DNA of 64,000 nucleotides. Source: Octopus sinensis (lineage: Eukaryota). Every line of letters begins with the position of its first letter. Positions within the stretch are counted from its first letter, which is position 1. Below the pieces are notes generated by a model that saw only the letters and a program-made list of their open reading frames with translations, was not told the origin of the DNA and did not search any database. Positions 1 through 13,512 of this stretch are shown piece after piece. The DNA lies in assembly GCF_006345805.1 (NCBI RefSeq), contig NW_021833757.1, positions 8,710 to 72,709 of the forward strand. Direction: 5' to 3'. Position numbers and translations under genes: made by a program.

Positions 1-649
1 ATTCCCTTTTCGTGATTTGTGGTGTTTTATTCCATCAACCACACCCTCTTAGGGCTGACGTCCAGTGCACGGATATGCAGATTCATGTCAACGCGCAGTC
101 TTTAGCATTTTTACGTCAATTATGAACTTGAAATTTGTCAATTACAAACTTCTAATTGCACTTGAAAATTTCAAATTTACAATTTTGAAATTAAAGTTTG
201 CATCTTATCAAAATTTTGTATATAATAATTGTAATCATGTTATGGGAAACAGAACAAATCTTATTTGTTAAATCAAAAATCATAAAGGTCCTCTCCACGA
301 GTAACTCGGGGATCATACCTTTCAACCCGGTTAACAAATCGCATTAATATTTGTGGTGTGAAAACCTTTTTTGAGTCTCCTGCAATTTGTTCCAATATTC
401 TTAGCCTATATTCTGAAATTGGAATAATTTCTAATGAAATTAAATAATCTAAATTCTGACGATGAATGTCAATAAGAATTAATAGAACTAAAAACCACGA
501 AAAACTCAAAATAAAATTTGAAAATGTCCAATAAAATTAATTTGTACAGGGATTATGGCTTCAACCGACAAAATCCAAACTGTACAGGCAGTTCTTCCTT
601 TCATTTTTAAAGCCAAACTACTGAGGGCGTCGTTATTTCGATCTTCAAT

Positions 650-1939
650 TCACAAATTTTTTCAAAATTCGTGAAATAATATTTCGCTGCTTTAACCCAA
701 CTTCCCCATCTGCATAAATTAAGAAAAAGAATACCTAGTAATTACGACATCAGGTGGGTATCCAACATCCTTGAACAAATTACGACGTCTTCGGTTTTTT
801 ACTGTGGCAGCTTTAATGCTTGCAATTAAGCCATCTATTTCCGGATATGCAGACTTTATACGTAAAACCGTATTGTGTAACAAATGAGAAACATAAGTCA
901 AATGATGCATGTTGTTATACATGACCATTAAAGTTTTATCGCCTATTTATTTAGATACTTTTATATCACCAGAAATCATATAAGGAGCGGCATCTGAGAT
1001 TAACAGATAAAAATTGTCACGAATAATCTTCATTTTTCTAATGACGTCATCTATTATTTGGCAGATGATAGCAACATTGGCATGATTTTCCAGTGGTTTG
1101 CATTCAACCAAATAGGATTTTGTTGGAAAGCGAATGCTTCCAATTAGAATCACTACAAAACTTTTCCTTCGGATATCTGTTTCATCAATTATTATAAAAA
1201 TCTTTTCGTTTCTAAAAGTTAAAAAATAAACTTTAATACGTTAATCATTTTTCCAACTCATTTATCTTTTTTGTGCAAGAAATTTAACCGTAGTTCTGCA
1301 TGAAAATTCGGACGGAGTGTTAATGTTAAATGTTTTAAACATTTTTTTGATCGAATCATTTTTTAATTTGTATAGCGGGATGTTTGCTTATACAAAAGCT
1401 TCCGTGATCGTTTCTTTAACCGAATCTACTTTGATTGATTCAGTTAATGTTGTTTGAACTGAATCACATGAATGACCTACAATTGTATTACATTTATACG
1501 AATATTGTTCTGATGTTTTAAAGAAGAACGATGAGAATCGACTGAAAATGTTTTTGCACAGTTGACTTTGGATAAACAAAGAGAACAAAATAGAAGGCCA
1601 TCGTCAGCAATACAGAACTCATCTTTGAATTCTGAGACTATACGCTTGGCTTTCTTAAGCAACGAACACTTGGGTTTTGGCATCACTCAAAATACTATAT
1701 AGCGTGCTAAATTATTTTATTTAAATTAATTTATTATCATTTTATGGGTGGCATTAAAAAAATTTTAATGCAATTTAAATTAGCATTAAAAAAATTAGCA
1801 TTTAAAATTAAAAATAGCATTTATAGCATTTATAATGTATGTTTTTTTAACAAAATTAAAAAATAATTATTCCAAATTCAATTTTATATTAAATAAATAT
1901 AAAAAGTAAAAATAGCATTTTAGCACTTAAATTGCCCTA
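650..1939 (-). mobile_element. hAT-family DNA transposon, 5' end and degenerate transposase (BED-like zinc finger), 3'-truncated
   Basis: TAGGG terminus at 1939, AAATGCTA-like subterminal repeats, FCSLC...H...KH finger, IIDET, LISDAAPYM, HLLHN and TR|WGSW motifs; 25-nt intron at 710..734. Confidence 0.8.
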
Positions 1940-2369
1940 GATATTAAGAAATGACACAAATATTAACATTCTTTCTTCTACCACTAATATTCAATTGTGT
2001 AATTAATTTAGCCATTTCCGTTATTAAATTCTTTGTCCGTCAATTCGATTTTTTCCAAAGTACAATTTTTTGCCTAAATTTTTATTCAAACCTTCCTACG
2101 CATTTAAGTTAGCGACTTGGTCCAAGATACCCGAACATAGTGTATTAGTGTATTCCAAAGGAACTTCATCATCAGTATTGCTAAAACCACCAGAGGACCA
2201 AGGCTATGTGCCGACTGAGTAATTCTTATATTATTTATACAAGCTTGCAATGAGTCAAATGTGGGGACAACGTGATATGCTGAGATATCAGGAAATGACA
2301 CAAATATGACCATTCTTTGTGTATTATTAATATTCATCATCCTAATTAATTAAAATATTTATATTCTCA

Positions 2370-3643
2370 ACTAAGAAATTATCTCCCGAATAGTGAGGTG
2401 TTCCTTCGAGGCGAGTGATCTCGTCAGTAAGAAGGAAAATGTATAATGGACAGTCCTCCCATGTCCTGAAGACTCTGCTTTAAACTCTGTGAAAGATATT
2501 TGAGGAATAGATGGGCGGATCCCTTGTCGAGGACTGTGCCGGAAACCCCCTGAGCCACTTGAATGGAGGACCCGTGGCTAAGATGAGTAATACCCCAACC
2601 ATAAATATCGAGCCTGGACATCCTTGGTCAACTCCATGGCGTCGAGTGACCCCATTCCGCGATAAGGCCTCACTTTGACGTCGTTGATGAGGGCAGACTC
2701 GATGGGGGATTCGGAGGTGGCAGCAAACATGGATCCCATCATGACTAGTGCATGTAGCTGAATGGGGTACCTGTGGAGGCTCCCAGGGCAATTGCCTTGG
2801 CGATGTGTCCCGGGGACTGGACTCCCCCATCGGCAATGACTGGCACTCCGAATTGTCTGGCCAACTGACTGACGTGGTACACAGCACTGGCCTGTCCTCG
2901 ACCAACAGCCATGACTGGGGGATTAGTGGGTGACTGACCTTCCTGAGTGATACAAATAGATCCCGACCAGTGCAACCAGACAGTCCTCTTTGTCGACGAT
3001 TGGGAGTTTCCCTTTCTTTACATTTCGGAGGGTCTTGTAGGCGTCTTGGAAGTTGATCCCGTCGTTAGAAGTGACCAATGACTCTCCGGGGGTCATCACC
3101 TGCAGTGACAAGTCGAGGCAAACCACTTCCATCCATGTCTGGTCGGACACACAGCACAAATCAATGTCCCGTTGAGTCACCAGGCCCAACAACCGTCCAT
3201 TAAGTGTCACCGGGAAGCCAGAAAAGCCATGTTTATTGACCAGGATTTTGTAATCTGCCACAGTAGTGCTGGGGGAGACGACAACTGGGTTCATAATGAA
3301 GCCCTGTTTGGAGGATTTGACTAGTCGGACATGACTGGCTTGTTCCTCGGGCAGACAGTTGTTGTGGATTATGCCTATGCCCCCCTCCAACTACCAATGT
3401 CGGTCAGTCAATACGCCATGGCGATTGCCATTCGGGACTCTGTCACCGTGTCCATTGGGGTTGATACGAATGGGCAATTTAGGACTATTTTTTTGATTAA
3501 ATTGGTTTTCAAGTTCTGAAATGACACTTTAGACATACCACTTGGTCTGCCGCAAAGTCGATGTAGCCGGGGAGAATGATCAAGTCACTACTCATTAGGT
3601 TAGTTCTCTACTTGTAGGACAGGCTGTACACTGATGAAAATAT
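2370..3643 (-). pseudogene. IMPDH: IMP dehydrogenase pseudogene, copy 1 (internal deletion, tiny introns)
   Basis: [65 protein letters not shown] motifs; frameshifting deletion between LVALV and SGSIC. Confidence 0.93.
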
Positions 3644-4604
3644 TTTGCCTTCTCCATAAAAATTCTATAAATGTATTAAGAGTATTTAATACCTGCAAAA
3701 TATGCACCCATGAAGTGACGTCCCCCTTTGTCTCTTATTGCGCCATTTTGCGCACCCCCACATTCTATATTTTCATAATTATTATCTGAACCTCTCAACA
3801 TTCTGTGCACCTGTGCTCGGATCTACAAAATTTCGTCTGCAAATTTATAAACGAATTATGGCCAACTGTAAGGTGCACATAAGCAAGAGCATTGAGATCT
3901 GGCGTTGAATAACCTATTAGCAAGAATATAGTAGAATTACCCTTCCATTTGTCAGTGTGTATCACTGATCCCGGTGCGATATTTTCCTGTATTGCGGCGG
4001 TTAGAGTTCTTTTGGAGCGATCTGGAACCATCTTGATGAAACAGTCTTTACTTCCACGACAGATTCCCTCAAACACCCATTGTTGAGGGAGAATCTGCAT
4101 TGTTTTTCCGTTTAGAAAACATGCATTTGTCAACTTGGACAACTTTGCCAATACCACCTAACAATCTAACACTAATACCAATCAGTGTGTTCGGACGATT
4201 TGCTAAATAATATGCGCAAACCTGGGAGTGAGACAAATTAAGAATTGTATGGCTGCTCCATTCCAGTTGACGCCGACACCACAAAATACTGTCGAAACTC
4301 CACATGTACATAAAGCATGACTGTAAGCTCACTTTCGTGCCTTCGAGCCACGTACCTAAAAATAAAGTACTCTCTTATACCGTTTCTAATAGAACTAAAT
4401 GTTCGACACCCACTTTTATAGCACACCCATGTTGTATTCTCCTGCTGTTGGAGAAGGGTCATAAAATGTCTGTTTTGACATTTTTTTCTTTGGGAAAGAT
4501 TCCAACCTCTTGAAGGAAGGCAACTGACTCCATTTCAGTACGGGAAGTTCATAGTCCTTCAGTTTTGCAAATTTTCGCATGTCAACTGTATCATTCATCT
4601 CCAC
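3644..4604 (-). mobile_element. Merlin (ISXO2/IS1595-like DDE) transposase, degenerate, copy 1
   Basis: VVQVD, QQWVF, VPDRS, PGSVIHTDKWKG, NFVDP, ERMWG, EFLWRR motifs after removing tiny introns. Confidence 0.88.
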
Positions 4605-4694
4605 AAGCCGGTAAAAAATTCAAATTTTTTACAAAAAATTGAATACAATTTACAAATTCGGCATAGTTCAATTTTTTAAATTTTCCTCAATCCG

Positions 4695-5365
4695 CTGTCC
4701 GTCGAGGACTTGGATGAGAACCCTATCACGGCCGGATCAGTTCTGATTCCATTCCGAAGAGGCCTCGTAGTGCAGTGGGACGTGGCCAGGAGTGTTGTAA
4801 TGAGCCATTTCAGTACCTACAGGGTGAGGACGTGTCTATGGGTTTGTAGGAGTACCCCAATTGGCACTTTGAAGGGACGAAATGCCCCTGTGGACACGTG
4901 GACAGGACAATCCCTTTTTGTGATGTGGAGATATCGGAAAGACTGGATTATGAGAATGCAAGTGGAGGGAAATCAGTTCCTCGAGTACTTGAACTGCATT
5001 CACGTGTCCGAAATCACGACGTTTCTGGTCCCCGATGACTCTCGGTGGTATATATGATGGGATTGAGAGAGTTTCCTACGTCAGCACTCATTACCGTCGA
5101 CAAAGGGACTGGGGATCTGTTGTTGACAGGGTTTTTTATGTCGTGTAGTATTAGGCACAATGAGTAATCTATTCTGGGGACTGAAGGTGGACGAGTGTCT
5201 GTCATTGGGGATCATTTCGACCAATCTTTCGGAAGAGGACAGTTGTACACATACAGTAGTATTAGATGAGTTCATACGACTGCTGTATTTCCCTGACTCA
5301 CGTGTTTGGTGGTCGGAAAGTTTGCACGTCAGATTTTGTGATGAAAGTTTAAAATTCATCAACCC
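4695..5365 (+). pseudogene. Lgl/tomosyn-family WD40 gene fragment
   Basis: DENPITAGSVLIPFRRGLVVQWD, WHFEG..CGHVD, DLLLTGH...FWG resemble LLGL/STXBP5 blocks; 26-nt GT-AG intron at 4824..4849; frameshifts and deletions. Confidence 0.65.
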
Positions 5366-5974
5366 TAAGCAAGACGTTGCAGTTCTTAATAATTACAAAA
5401 TTTGAGAACGACTATTTTTAGTCAAATTCCTTATGAAAAAATCAAACAGTTTTTTAAAAACTGCAGTTATCTGGAATGGAATGAACCAGCTGAGTTGCAT
5501 GAAGTCCTCAAAGAAACACTTTACTGGGCTTACAATGAAATCCGCAAAGTACAAAAAAAGTTTTTGTTATGTAACTGCAGTCGAAGGGCCTCTAATTGTC
5601 AGTAGCACCCGTAAAGGATGGACCGGCCTCAGGATTGTCGATCGAAATAAAGTCGAAGTCACCCTCGTTATCACCATGTTCCTATCGCTGATGTAACCAC
5701 AAAGCAAGAACACTTATAGATCCTCAAAAATGGATGGCGAGTGACAAGTCAGAAAGCTTTTGATAACTTTGCAAAACTCTTATTGAAATTTTCAACACTT
5801 TACTTTTTTAAAGATGTGAATAGTAGAATGGGATGCTTAATTGCTGACTATATTTTGTCTACTGTGGACGTCCCAACCTTGTATTCCCTTCAGAGTATTT
5901 GATAAGAAACCTCTATATCGAACCTCACGAAGGAGACGTGGCAAATTATTTCTGAATCATCAGTTCTTGCAACT

Positions 5975-6500
5975 TTTGGAGACAAATCAAGATAATTTAC
6001 AGCGAGTAGAACTTGAAAAGTTAAGAAAATATGATTTGCTCGCTAATGAATTATCCCTGATTCACAAGGCCAGAGTGAATATAATTCCTGTTGTCCTTAC
6101 ATGGGATGGCATTGTGTCTAAATATTTTTAAAAATATTTGGAGTCGATCAGAGTGAGGGAACATCTGGTTGCTTATATGCAATCAATTGTGCTTAAGCGT
6201 ACGATGGAGAGCATTGTGCTGGACTTTCGGAGAGGTCTTTCGCAAATGGATTATGAAGCCCGGATTGAGGGGGTACTCTCAAAATACGAGGAAGCTAACG
6301 GGATCGGTGACCGAGAGATCGCGGTGCGTCGACTTGTCGAGGATGCCTACCATGTTCCTTTTCTAAATGGTTCGAAACGAGTTAAAATTGACGGAAGTGT
6401 GGGCCCTGGGATGATAGATCGGGAAGATAGTGGAGCTCGTAGAGTGGACTCCGAAGGTTGAAGGGTCTTTTAAGTAATTATTTGTTAACATAAATATTTT
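5975..6500 (+). mobile_element. R4/Dong-like retroelement 3' fragment (RLE endonuclease)
   Basis: VELEKLRKYDLLANEL...LTWDG motif shared with 22928..25168; in-frame stop at 6129..6131. Confidence 0.85.
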
Positions 6501-6542
6501 ATCAAGGTTTTCTGAAATAAAAATTATTGTTTTTAATATAAA

Positions 6543-6890
6543 ATGTCACGGGTTGGATAATGCCTCTCAACGCGTGTAAATTTGTTAATTTTTGAAAACA
6601 AAAGGATAGTTTTCATAAAATACAAAAACCAGAGGTTGCGCTTTTTGGCCAAAGAAGAAAAGGAACTTAAACTAAAATTACTATGTGATCTCAAAATGCG
6701 TTCAGTGTCAGGTGCGTATTTATTAAATTATTTGTAGTCAAAAAGATGATGGTAACTAAGTCAACAAGTACTCCTATTATTGCAAGAAGGTCTAAAGATC
6801 GCTATATTGCAGATTCAGTGGATTTAAGAAAGTATACCAGCCTTAATAGTGATAATGGATGGGTATTCATTTCTGAATAAATTGTAGTTG
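6543..6890 (+). mobile_element. Ginger-like integrase transposon 5' fragment
   Basis: TGTCAC terminus; TPIIARRSKDRYIADSVDLRKY matches the start of the integrase core in other copies. Confidence 0.55.
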
Positions 6891-6909
6891 GTTGTGGTTA
6901 TAAATTCAT

Positions 6910-7535
6910 TAAAAATACAATGGGAGAAAACCGAGACCGAAAGAGGCGAAACAAAACAACCTAAGCCAATCGGATACTAAAGCATTATCAATTGCGGTGG
7001 ACAAGGAGGAAACTGCAAAGATACGCGCAGCTTTTGGGATTCTGGATGAAATTTGCCGGAACGGCAGAAGAGCTTGATCGATTAAAAAACTTCCTCGGCA
7101 GAAGGGGATGTTGCGAATGGCACTTTTTCGAGGATTTCTTGCGGGCTGGAACACTGAACCGGCTGGCAAGTGCGGCAGGAAGGACAGTTCCAAATTAAAA
7201 GAGAGGCAGAAACGCGCCTGGAAAAGTGCACACAAGAAAGGTGGAAGAATCTGTCACAGCTAGAACAGACTCTCCCTTTCTTGCGGTTGTTACTAACTTT
7301 GCAAGAAAAGCATAAAACCGTAGTAGGTTGGCGACAGAGAGACATAAAAAAAGAGCGAGACAGGTACAATAAAAAAATAGACTGACAAAGATAAATGAGA
7401 AGAAAAAGAAAAGAAAAGGAACAAAAGAAAAAGAATTGAAATGAGAGAAAGATAGATGGATAGATATATGGATAGATAGATGGATAGATATTAGGAATGA
7501 AATTAAAAACGTCACAAGAAACGACACGACACGTG
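6910..7535 (-). mobile_element. CRE-like retroelement 5' fragment with PHD finger
   Basis: C4HC3 pattern CFSC...CSSC..FFHLSC...WNCPSC followed by RIPKAAR...WLRLF, as in 34631; (TCTA/TCCA) microsatellite in the 5' UTR. Confidence 0.8.
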
Positions 7536-8049
7536 GAATAGTTAAATTATAATTAGATTTTTGTAGGTGTTTATTTTACATTTAAAAAATCTTTTCATTA
7601 ACAATCTGATCAAACTTAAAGAGCTTGCATATATAGATTAAATTTTGTGCGATAGAATAATAATCAATCGAAAACAATGTATGCAGGTCAATTTCCGAAA
7701 TGTAATATCCGGATCTCAAACTGCAAAGAATAGCACTAACCAAAATTCAAAAGCACGTTTACATAAATTTATTATTTTATTTTTCTCAAAATACTTTAAT
7801 GAAATACTGTAATAAAGTAATTTAGGCGATTTCTCATCTTTGAATAATAAAGAGTTTAATTCTGATTGTTTAAAAATCAATTAAAAATTGCTTATAATTA
7901 TTATATATTCAAGGAGAAACGATCAAAGAGAAATGATCATCGGGAACGGACATAGCTATTCCAACGCGTATCAATAGTGATCTTGCGTGGGAATTGCCAT
8001 TCATCTTATCCTCTGCTGCTAATTAAATATTTATTAACACTTTTTAAAA

Positions 8050-8825
8050 AATAAATGATGAAATTATGTATTGCCTGATTAGTCAGTTATTAAAACTTTC
8101 CTGAATGAAATGTTGATGTGATGGGCATTCTCATCAAATAGAGACGGTGGATCGTCTTGGGCAAGTAAAAAAGTGTCAAGAAAGTTTTGATATCATTAAA
8201 AAAATAGGGAACTCAATCGAAAAATATATCTCTGTTATTAGTGATTTAATCAATGAATATGAAACACGTTTGAATGATTTTAAAGAAGCTCTACATATTA
8301 TGAAAATATTTCCGTCACCTATGGAAAAAAATACTGTAAACGCTTCATGTATGAGCTGGAGCTAATTTAAATTGAGGCAGATTTACAGAGCTATTTAATT
8401 TAGGGAAACTATTGGATTTTTGGAGTCAAATTCGAGAATGAAAATATCCGAACTTGGTCGATAATGCTAAAAATGCATCAGTCTTTGGAAATACGTATGA
8501 TGTGTAGATCTTTTCAGTAAACTTATGCGAATAAAAAGTAAGTATCGAAATCCATTAACTAGTGAACACCTAATTCAACTTTACGAACTTTGTCTTTGAA
8601 CTTTACCCCTCTTTTAAATAAAATAGTAGACGCCAAGCAAAATCAAATCTCACATTGATTCTCTTATTAAACTAATAAAGCCTTTTTTGATCAAATAAAA
8701 TATTTTTTGTGCGGCCCGGAATGATACTCATAATTATCGATTTAGTCCTTAAGCTAAAAAGGTTGAGAACTCATCCTCTTAATTATTGATCTGGCCCATG
8801 AGCTTAAAATGTTGAGAATCACTGC
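8050..8825 (+). mobile_element. hAT (GTF2IRD2/SPIN-like) 3' fragment
   Basis: FGNTY...FSKLMRIKSKYRNPLTSEHL dimerisation-domain motif; GCGGCCC subterminal motifs and a ...GAGAATCACTG end. Confidence 0.6.
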
Positions 8826-9519
8826 TAGACATAAAATCGGACTGCATGGTACTGTTTTATTAGTGTTGCACATGAAGTTTGCGGCCTGCATGTTTGACAC
8901 TCATCGTCTAAGATATCTATGTTCGATAGTAGAACCATCCGTATAGGTGGTGCCTGCTTAAGGGAGAGCTTTTTCCATCATGTTAAAGTCCACTGCTTCA
9001 GAAAGACTATGACTAACTCGAAAACAGCTGAGTTTGTGCGTTGGGCTAGAGTTTTTTTCGTTTGGTCATTTTAGATTTTAGTGGAAGTACCTGCTTTTTT
9101 TCAATCTTCTATCGCTTCATTTGTAAAGTCAGATTGGGAGGAAACAGCGATTTAGGGTTCTGTACTTTTACTTGTAGGGGGATATAAATAGGATGCATGT
9201 AAATTGAAGAGACAGAATGTAACTCTGATCAAAAAAGTAATAATCAACTAAAGAGATTCCAAGATCGTTTTCTAGAAAGAAAAAAAGTCAGCCAAGTCTA
9301 ACTAGCAAATCCGAGAATTAAATGAAAAGCCCAGCTTTTAATGAAGTTTTTTTCTACTAGGAGAGAGGATGTGTCTCTGAACTAAATCTTTTGTTTAACT
9401 AACTATGATCGCTTAAAGATTACTGTTTATAAATAGCTCGTGCCATTTGTAAATAGCGATTAGCGACATGAAACTGATAAAAAAGGATGGTTATTTGCAG
9501 AAAAAAATAATTTGAAGAA

Positions 9520-9720
9520 ATAGGGTGTAATTGAGCGCTTTAATCAAACACTAACACGGGGTATGGAAAAACTGATAGATAATAAAAATTGAAAAAATTT
9601 TTAGACAAAGTTACGTTTTTATAATACGACACATCACTCGGCGATAAATGAGACTTTCTTCAAAAAGTATAGAGATATTTCTGAAATTAAACGTGCCATT
9701 CGTGAAATATTAGGTTATAA
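9520..9720 (+). mobile_element. Ginger-like integrase fragment
   Basis: GVIERFNQTL...YNTTHHSAI motif. Confidence 0.6.
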
Positions 9721-9892
9721 TCTCACTTTTAATTTAGATGAAAATAATGAGGCCTCGTTTGTAGTAGATAAACTTGATGGAAAATATACGATGCATTTAG
9801 CTTTTCACTTCCATACTTGAGTAGCTTCTATTACAAAATAACAGTGCATTATTCAAATAATTAATTTAAAGTTAGTAAGTTGGTTTAGGAGT

Positions 9893-10376
9893 TTATGCAG
9901 TCTTGCGAATCATAAATCCACCAAATGAAATAATAGCTTTCTGAGTTAATTCTTTTAATTCGTCGTCATTTCCAATTGCAACGACAACGTGACGTGATTT
10001 AATTCTTCTTTTTCCACATTTTACTGCTGTATTTCCAGCCAAACGCTAAAAATCAAGAAATACAGTGCATTATCTCACCGCCATATCTTTGCCCCGATCG
10101 CAGTGGAGACATCGGGAGTCCTCGGCCCCAGAACTAAAAAATTCCTTATTAAACTGGGGGATTTGGCAAGCAGAAGAAAAAATTATCATCGAGAACGGAC
10201 ATGGCTTTTCCAACGCATATCAATAGCCATCTTGCGTGGGAATTGCCATTCCATCTTATCCTCTACAGCTAATTAAATACTAAATGATTAGTTTAAGTAA
10301 TTAACCTTCATAAAATTATCTGTGTTAAAAAAATTAAAAAAAAAATTTCCAGCAAGTTCAAGCATTTCAGCCACAG
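9893..10376 (-). pseudogene. H2A: Divergent histone H2A C-terminal half, interrupted by retroelements
   Basis: Removing 10040..10353 gives AEMLELAGNTAVKCGKRRIKSRHVVVAIGNDDELKELTQKAIISFGG...*, which matches the H2A histone fold and acidic patch. Confidence 0.8.
10040..10344 (+). mobile_element. 5'-truncated CRE-like insertion
   Basis: PIAVETSG...FQRISIAILRGN, A-rich tail, 9-bp TSD ATTTCCAGC (10031..10039 and 10345..10353). Confidence 0.9.
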
Positions 10377-10377
10377 C

Positions 10378-11900
10378 ATGAATGAATGAATGAAGAATTT
10401 TATTGTAAGAAAGAAGAAACGAGACAGAAACTTAGTGCGGAAAATAATTTTGACGAGACGATTGCTTTGGGCATTCGAGCTCTTCCATGGTTCGTCCGCT
10501 TTGTCTGTCTATGAGCAGGGACCCTGCTATTCTCCACGATCGATGAATAGGTCAGCCACTTTAGAGCGTTTCCGAAAAGTTCGGATAGAAGCCTCGATGG
10601 CCTGCCGTAGCTCTGGAGACTTGCTCTCCGCCCAGCTTGGGACAGGCTCCCATGGATTTAGCATATAGGCTAGTTTTAGAGCGTATCTCCGTATTTTTTC
10701 GCATTTTCGCAGAATTTTCTCATATTGTTTCGAGTAGAACCAAGCTTCCATACCATACAGTAGGCTGGGCAAGATTGTTGCATGGTATACAAATAGGAAG
10801 GTATTTGGATTCAAGTGCATGCTTCTTAGGAGTCGGAGAGCGGCGATGGCTTTCCCTTTTCTCCGTTTGAAATGCAAATGGTATCTCGAGTTTGCGTCGA
10901 TTGTGAGCCCCAGGTAACGTATGCTCTCAGGGCGAGCGATTTCCACCAAAGAGCCGGGTTTGCGATCTTGCGACTTTCTTGGGTTAATTTGGAGATATGC
11001 AGATTTGTCCATTGCCAGCGAGAGTCGCTTACCAATGCACCAATTCTTTATCTCCTCAATGTAGCCGGCAAGTCGTTTCTCAGAGGCATTGGTGTCCATC
11101 GAGGTGTCCAGAACGAGAACATCGTCCGCGTAGAGGAGTAGGGATGTCCTGGGATCGGAGGGTGTGGGGAAACTGCTCATTACCAAATTGAAAAGGATTG
11201 GGCTGAGACAGGACCCCTGCGGAACCCCCCTTCGGAGCGAAATATATCTTGAGAAGAAGCCCGACTCAGAGATATAAGAGTAACGATTTGAGAGGAAGCA
11301 GCGCATCCAGAGAAAGACTTCCGCTGTTGGCTCACAGAGTTCGATCCTTTCCAGGAGGTCTCTGTGCCAGACGCTGTCAAAAGCCTTTGAGATGTCCAGA
11401 CATACAAGAGATAAAGTTTCTTTAAACTCCATTGCTCTCGAGATGGTGTCCTGTACCGTAATGAAACAGTCACCGCAGCTACGTCCAGAGCGAAAACCCC
11501 ATTGCTGCAGGAGCAGCAGTGGTTCGGCAAATTGTAATTGAAATTGATTGAAAAAATGGTCAAGAAAAATCAAAATCTCTCATCAATTAAAGCTTGCTCC
11601 AAAGTTCAAAGACGAACAGCAGTAAAGCTACACCCCTTTTGCGAACCCATCAAAGCTGAATATCCCACCGAACCTCCGAACCCTACTGTGCCTCAAAAAC
11701 ACAGTGAGACCCAATCCCAGCAGATGACAGAAGTCCGGCACCTTCATTCTAAAATTCAGATCGCCCAAGGATGCTGCTGCTTTCTAAGCAGAGCTGTCTC
11801 GATCGAATATGTTTGGCGAAGGCGGCCATAAACTTGCCTCAGTAGCTGAGAAGGCCTCAGTCTTGGTCCTTAAAGGAATCCCTCATTGGATGTCTACAGA
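10378..11900 (-). mobile_element. Jockey-like LINE, RT domain, with (TTCA)n tail
   Basis: QWGFR, LDISKAFDSVWH, GVPQGS, YADD motifs in ORF 10527..11573; AATAAA followed by (TTCA)n at the 3' end. Confidence 0.88.
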
Positions 11901-12775
11901 GGACTTTAACCTCCACTTGAGAGAAAGTCTAGAATCGGACTTCAACTTTAATTTTCCTGATGAATAACATAATGATGCTATAAGCCTCTTATAAACAAAG
12001 ATGTGGCACCACATCCAAAAAATGATGATTGTTTTGCATATTCAGATTTAAAAAAAATTTACTCTTTATTTTCTAGAAACGCCTATCATAAATTGATTTG
12101 TATAGATTTTTTGTTAAAAAAATTTGGCACGTGGAAATTTCAGAAATACAATCTCCTTCCAAATTAATTGTCGATTCTCTATGAAACAGAAATAAATATT
12201 ATTATCGCAGTCTTTATTTCAGATATCTGGACCATCATTGAGATATCCGCTCTGGTATTTACACTGTTTATAAGCTACTAGGTGAAATTGTGTTTTAATT
12301 AAAATTATCTTAATTTTTAGTTACCCAATTATTAATAGAAAACATAATAAATTGTGGCATGTGTGAGCACTCTTTTGCTTGTTGTCCTGTTACATTATTT
12401 GGTCAATCTTTATTTTTTTATTTAATTGGATTAGAAGGAATATTTTGCGATGTAGTTTCTTTTAATGAATAAATTATCTGAAATTTCAACATTTTGTAAT
12501 ATTTGCGAGTTTATTCTTTCAATCTGTTTATATCGCTTATTTGAAATCTTCTCATTTATCTTTATTCATTGAATTTCATCTTATTTTTTGATAAAAAGTT
12601 TTATTCTTTATATTCTTATGGCAAACTTTTATTTATTTGTTCCTGGATTTGGCGATCTTATATTTTAGCGTCCTAAAATCTAAAATGATCAATTTCTACC
12701 AAATTTTAATCATTATTGTTATATTTTTTTAAACTGAACACGAATTTAATTATTGTTATTTTATTTTTATAAATT

Positions 12776-13496
12776 TTTTTTTTTTTGAATAATTTAATTT
12801 AATTGTACAATATAATTAATAGAGAATTAATGTCGTGAACTTGAGGGTTAGTCCGACGACGAAGCACTGCGGATAGAGAGGCAGTTCCCGCGAAGAATTG
12901 CAACCGAGATGCGCTGGAAAAGCCAGCTCGTCTCCCTCCGGTTATTTGTATTCTGTGAGATTCTTCCTCCCACAACCCGTAACAGATTTTCTACCTTCTT
13001 TCCAACCACACCGGAGGTCTCAAAGGCTAGGGGGACAAACTCAACGACGTTCGGAAGCACAGCGTACTTCGTCAACTTCCTTTCTTCTGCCAGCGCACAT
13101 GCGTAGCCTGGTGTACTGGCTGTTCCTGTGAGCACAGTATCTGAAAAGGAGTCGACGCAAGTTACATCCCAAACAAGAGACCTTCCTCCTCTAAAGGGGA
13201 ATATAGTCATCCCGTCAGGACGCTTTCCGTCACTGCGGCAGAGCCCAATAGGTTCAAGGGTCGATGGGAATCCCGCAGAATCCAAAGCCCTTTTCACCAC
13301 TTCATTGAGGAGGACGTGGCGGGGAAATCGGCCAGCACTCCTCCTACAGGACAATGCGTGTAAACCGTTCGAAGGAATCAAAAAACCACAGCGACAACGG
13401 TGAGGTTGGCAGATTTCAAGTCCAAGTCGAAGACACACTCCGATACGTATAGTTTCGTCTTCCATAAGCAGACCATTGGACGCCAACGGAAGTGCG
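12776..13496 (-). mobile_element. 5'-truncated CRE-like insertion (CCHC + RLE endonuclease)
   Basis: CRCG..HALSC, RH, RPDG, WDVT motifs; poly(A); 12-bp TSD TTTTTATAAATT (12764..12775 and 13497..13508). Confidence 0.92.
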
Positions 13497-13512
13497 TTTT
13501 TATAAATTATTA

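Larger units (their letters stand above)
1..4685 (-). repeat. Copy 1 of triplicated Merlin-IMPDH-hAT cassette
   Basis: Near-identical reverse complement of ~30950..38635 once the CRE insertion 34655..37683 is removed; identical ORF translations (e.g. 2424..2621 = 33000..33197). Runs off the window start. Confidence 0.95.

Noticed and set aside
543-588. TGTACAGG direct repeat flanking 30 nt
   Set aside because: Could be a footprint, but there are no TIRs and no empty site; chance is not excluded.
7195-7527. 110-aa hydrophobic ORF resembling a membrane protein
   Set aside because: Translation of a pyrimidine-rich microsatellite in the CRE 5' UTR.
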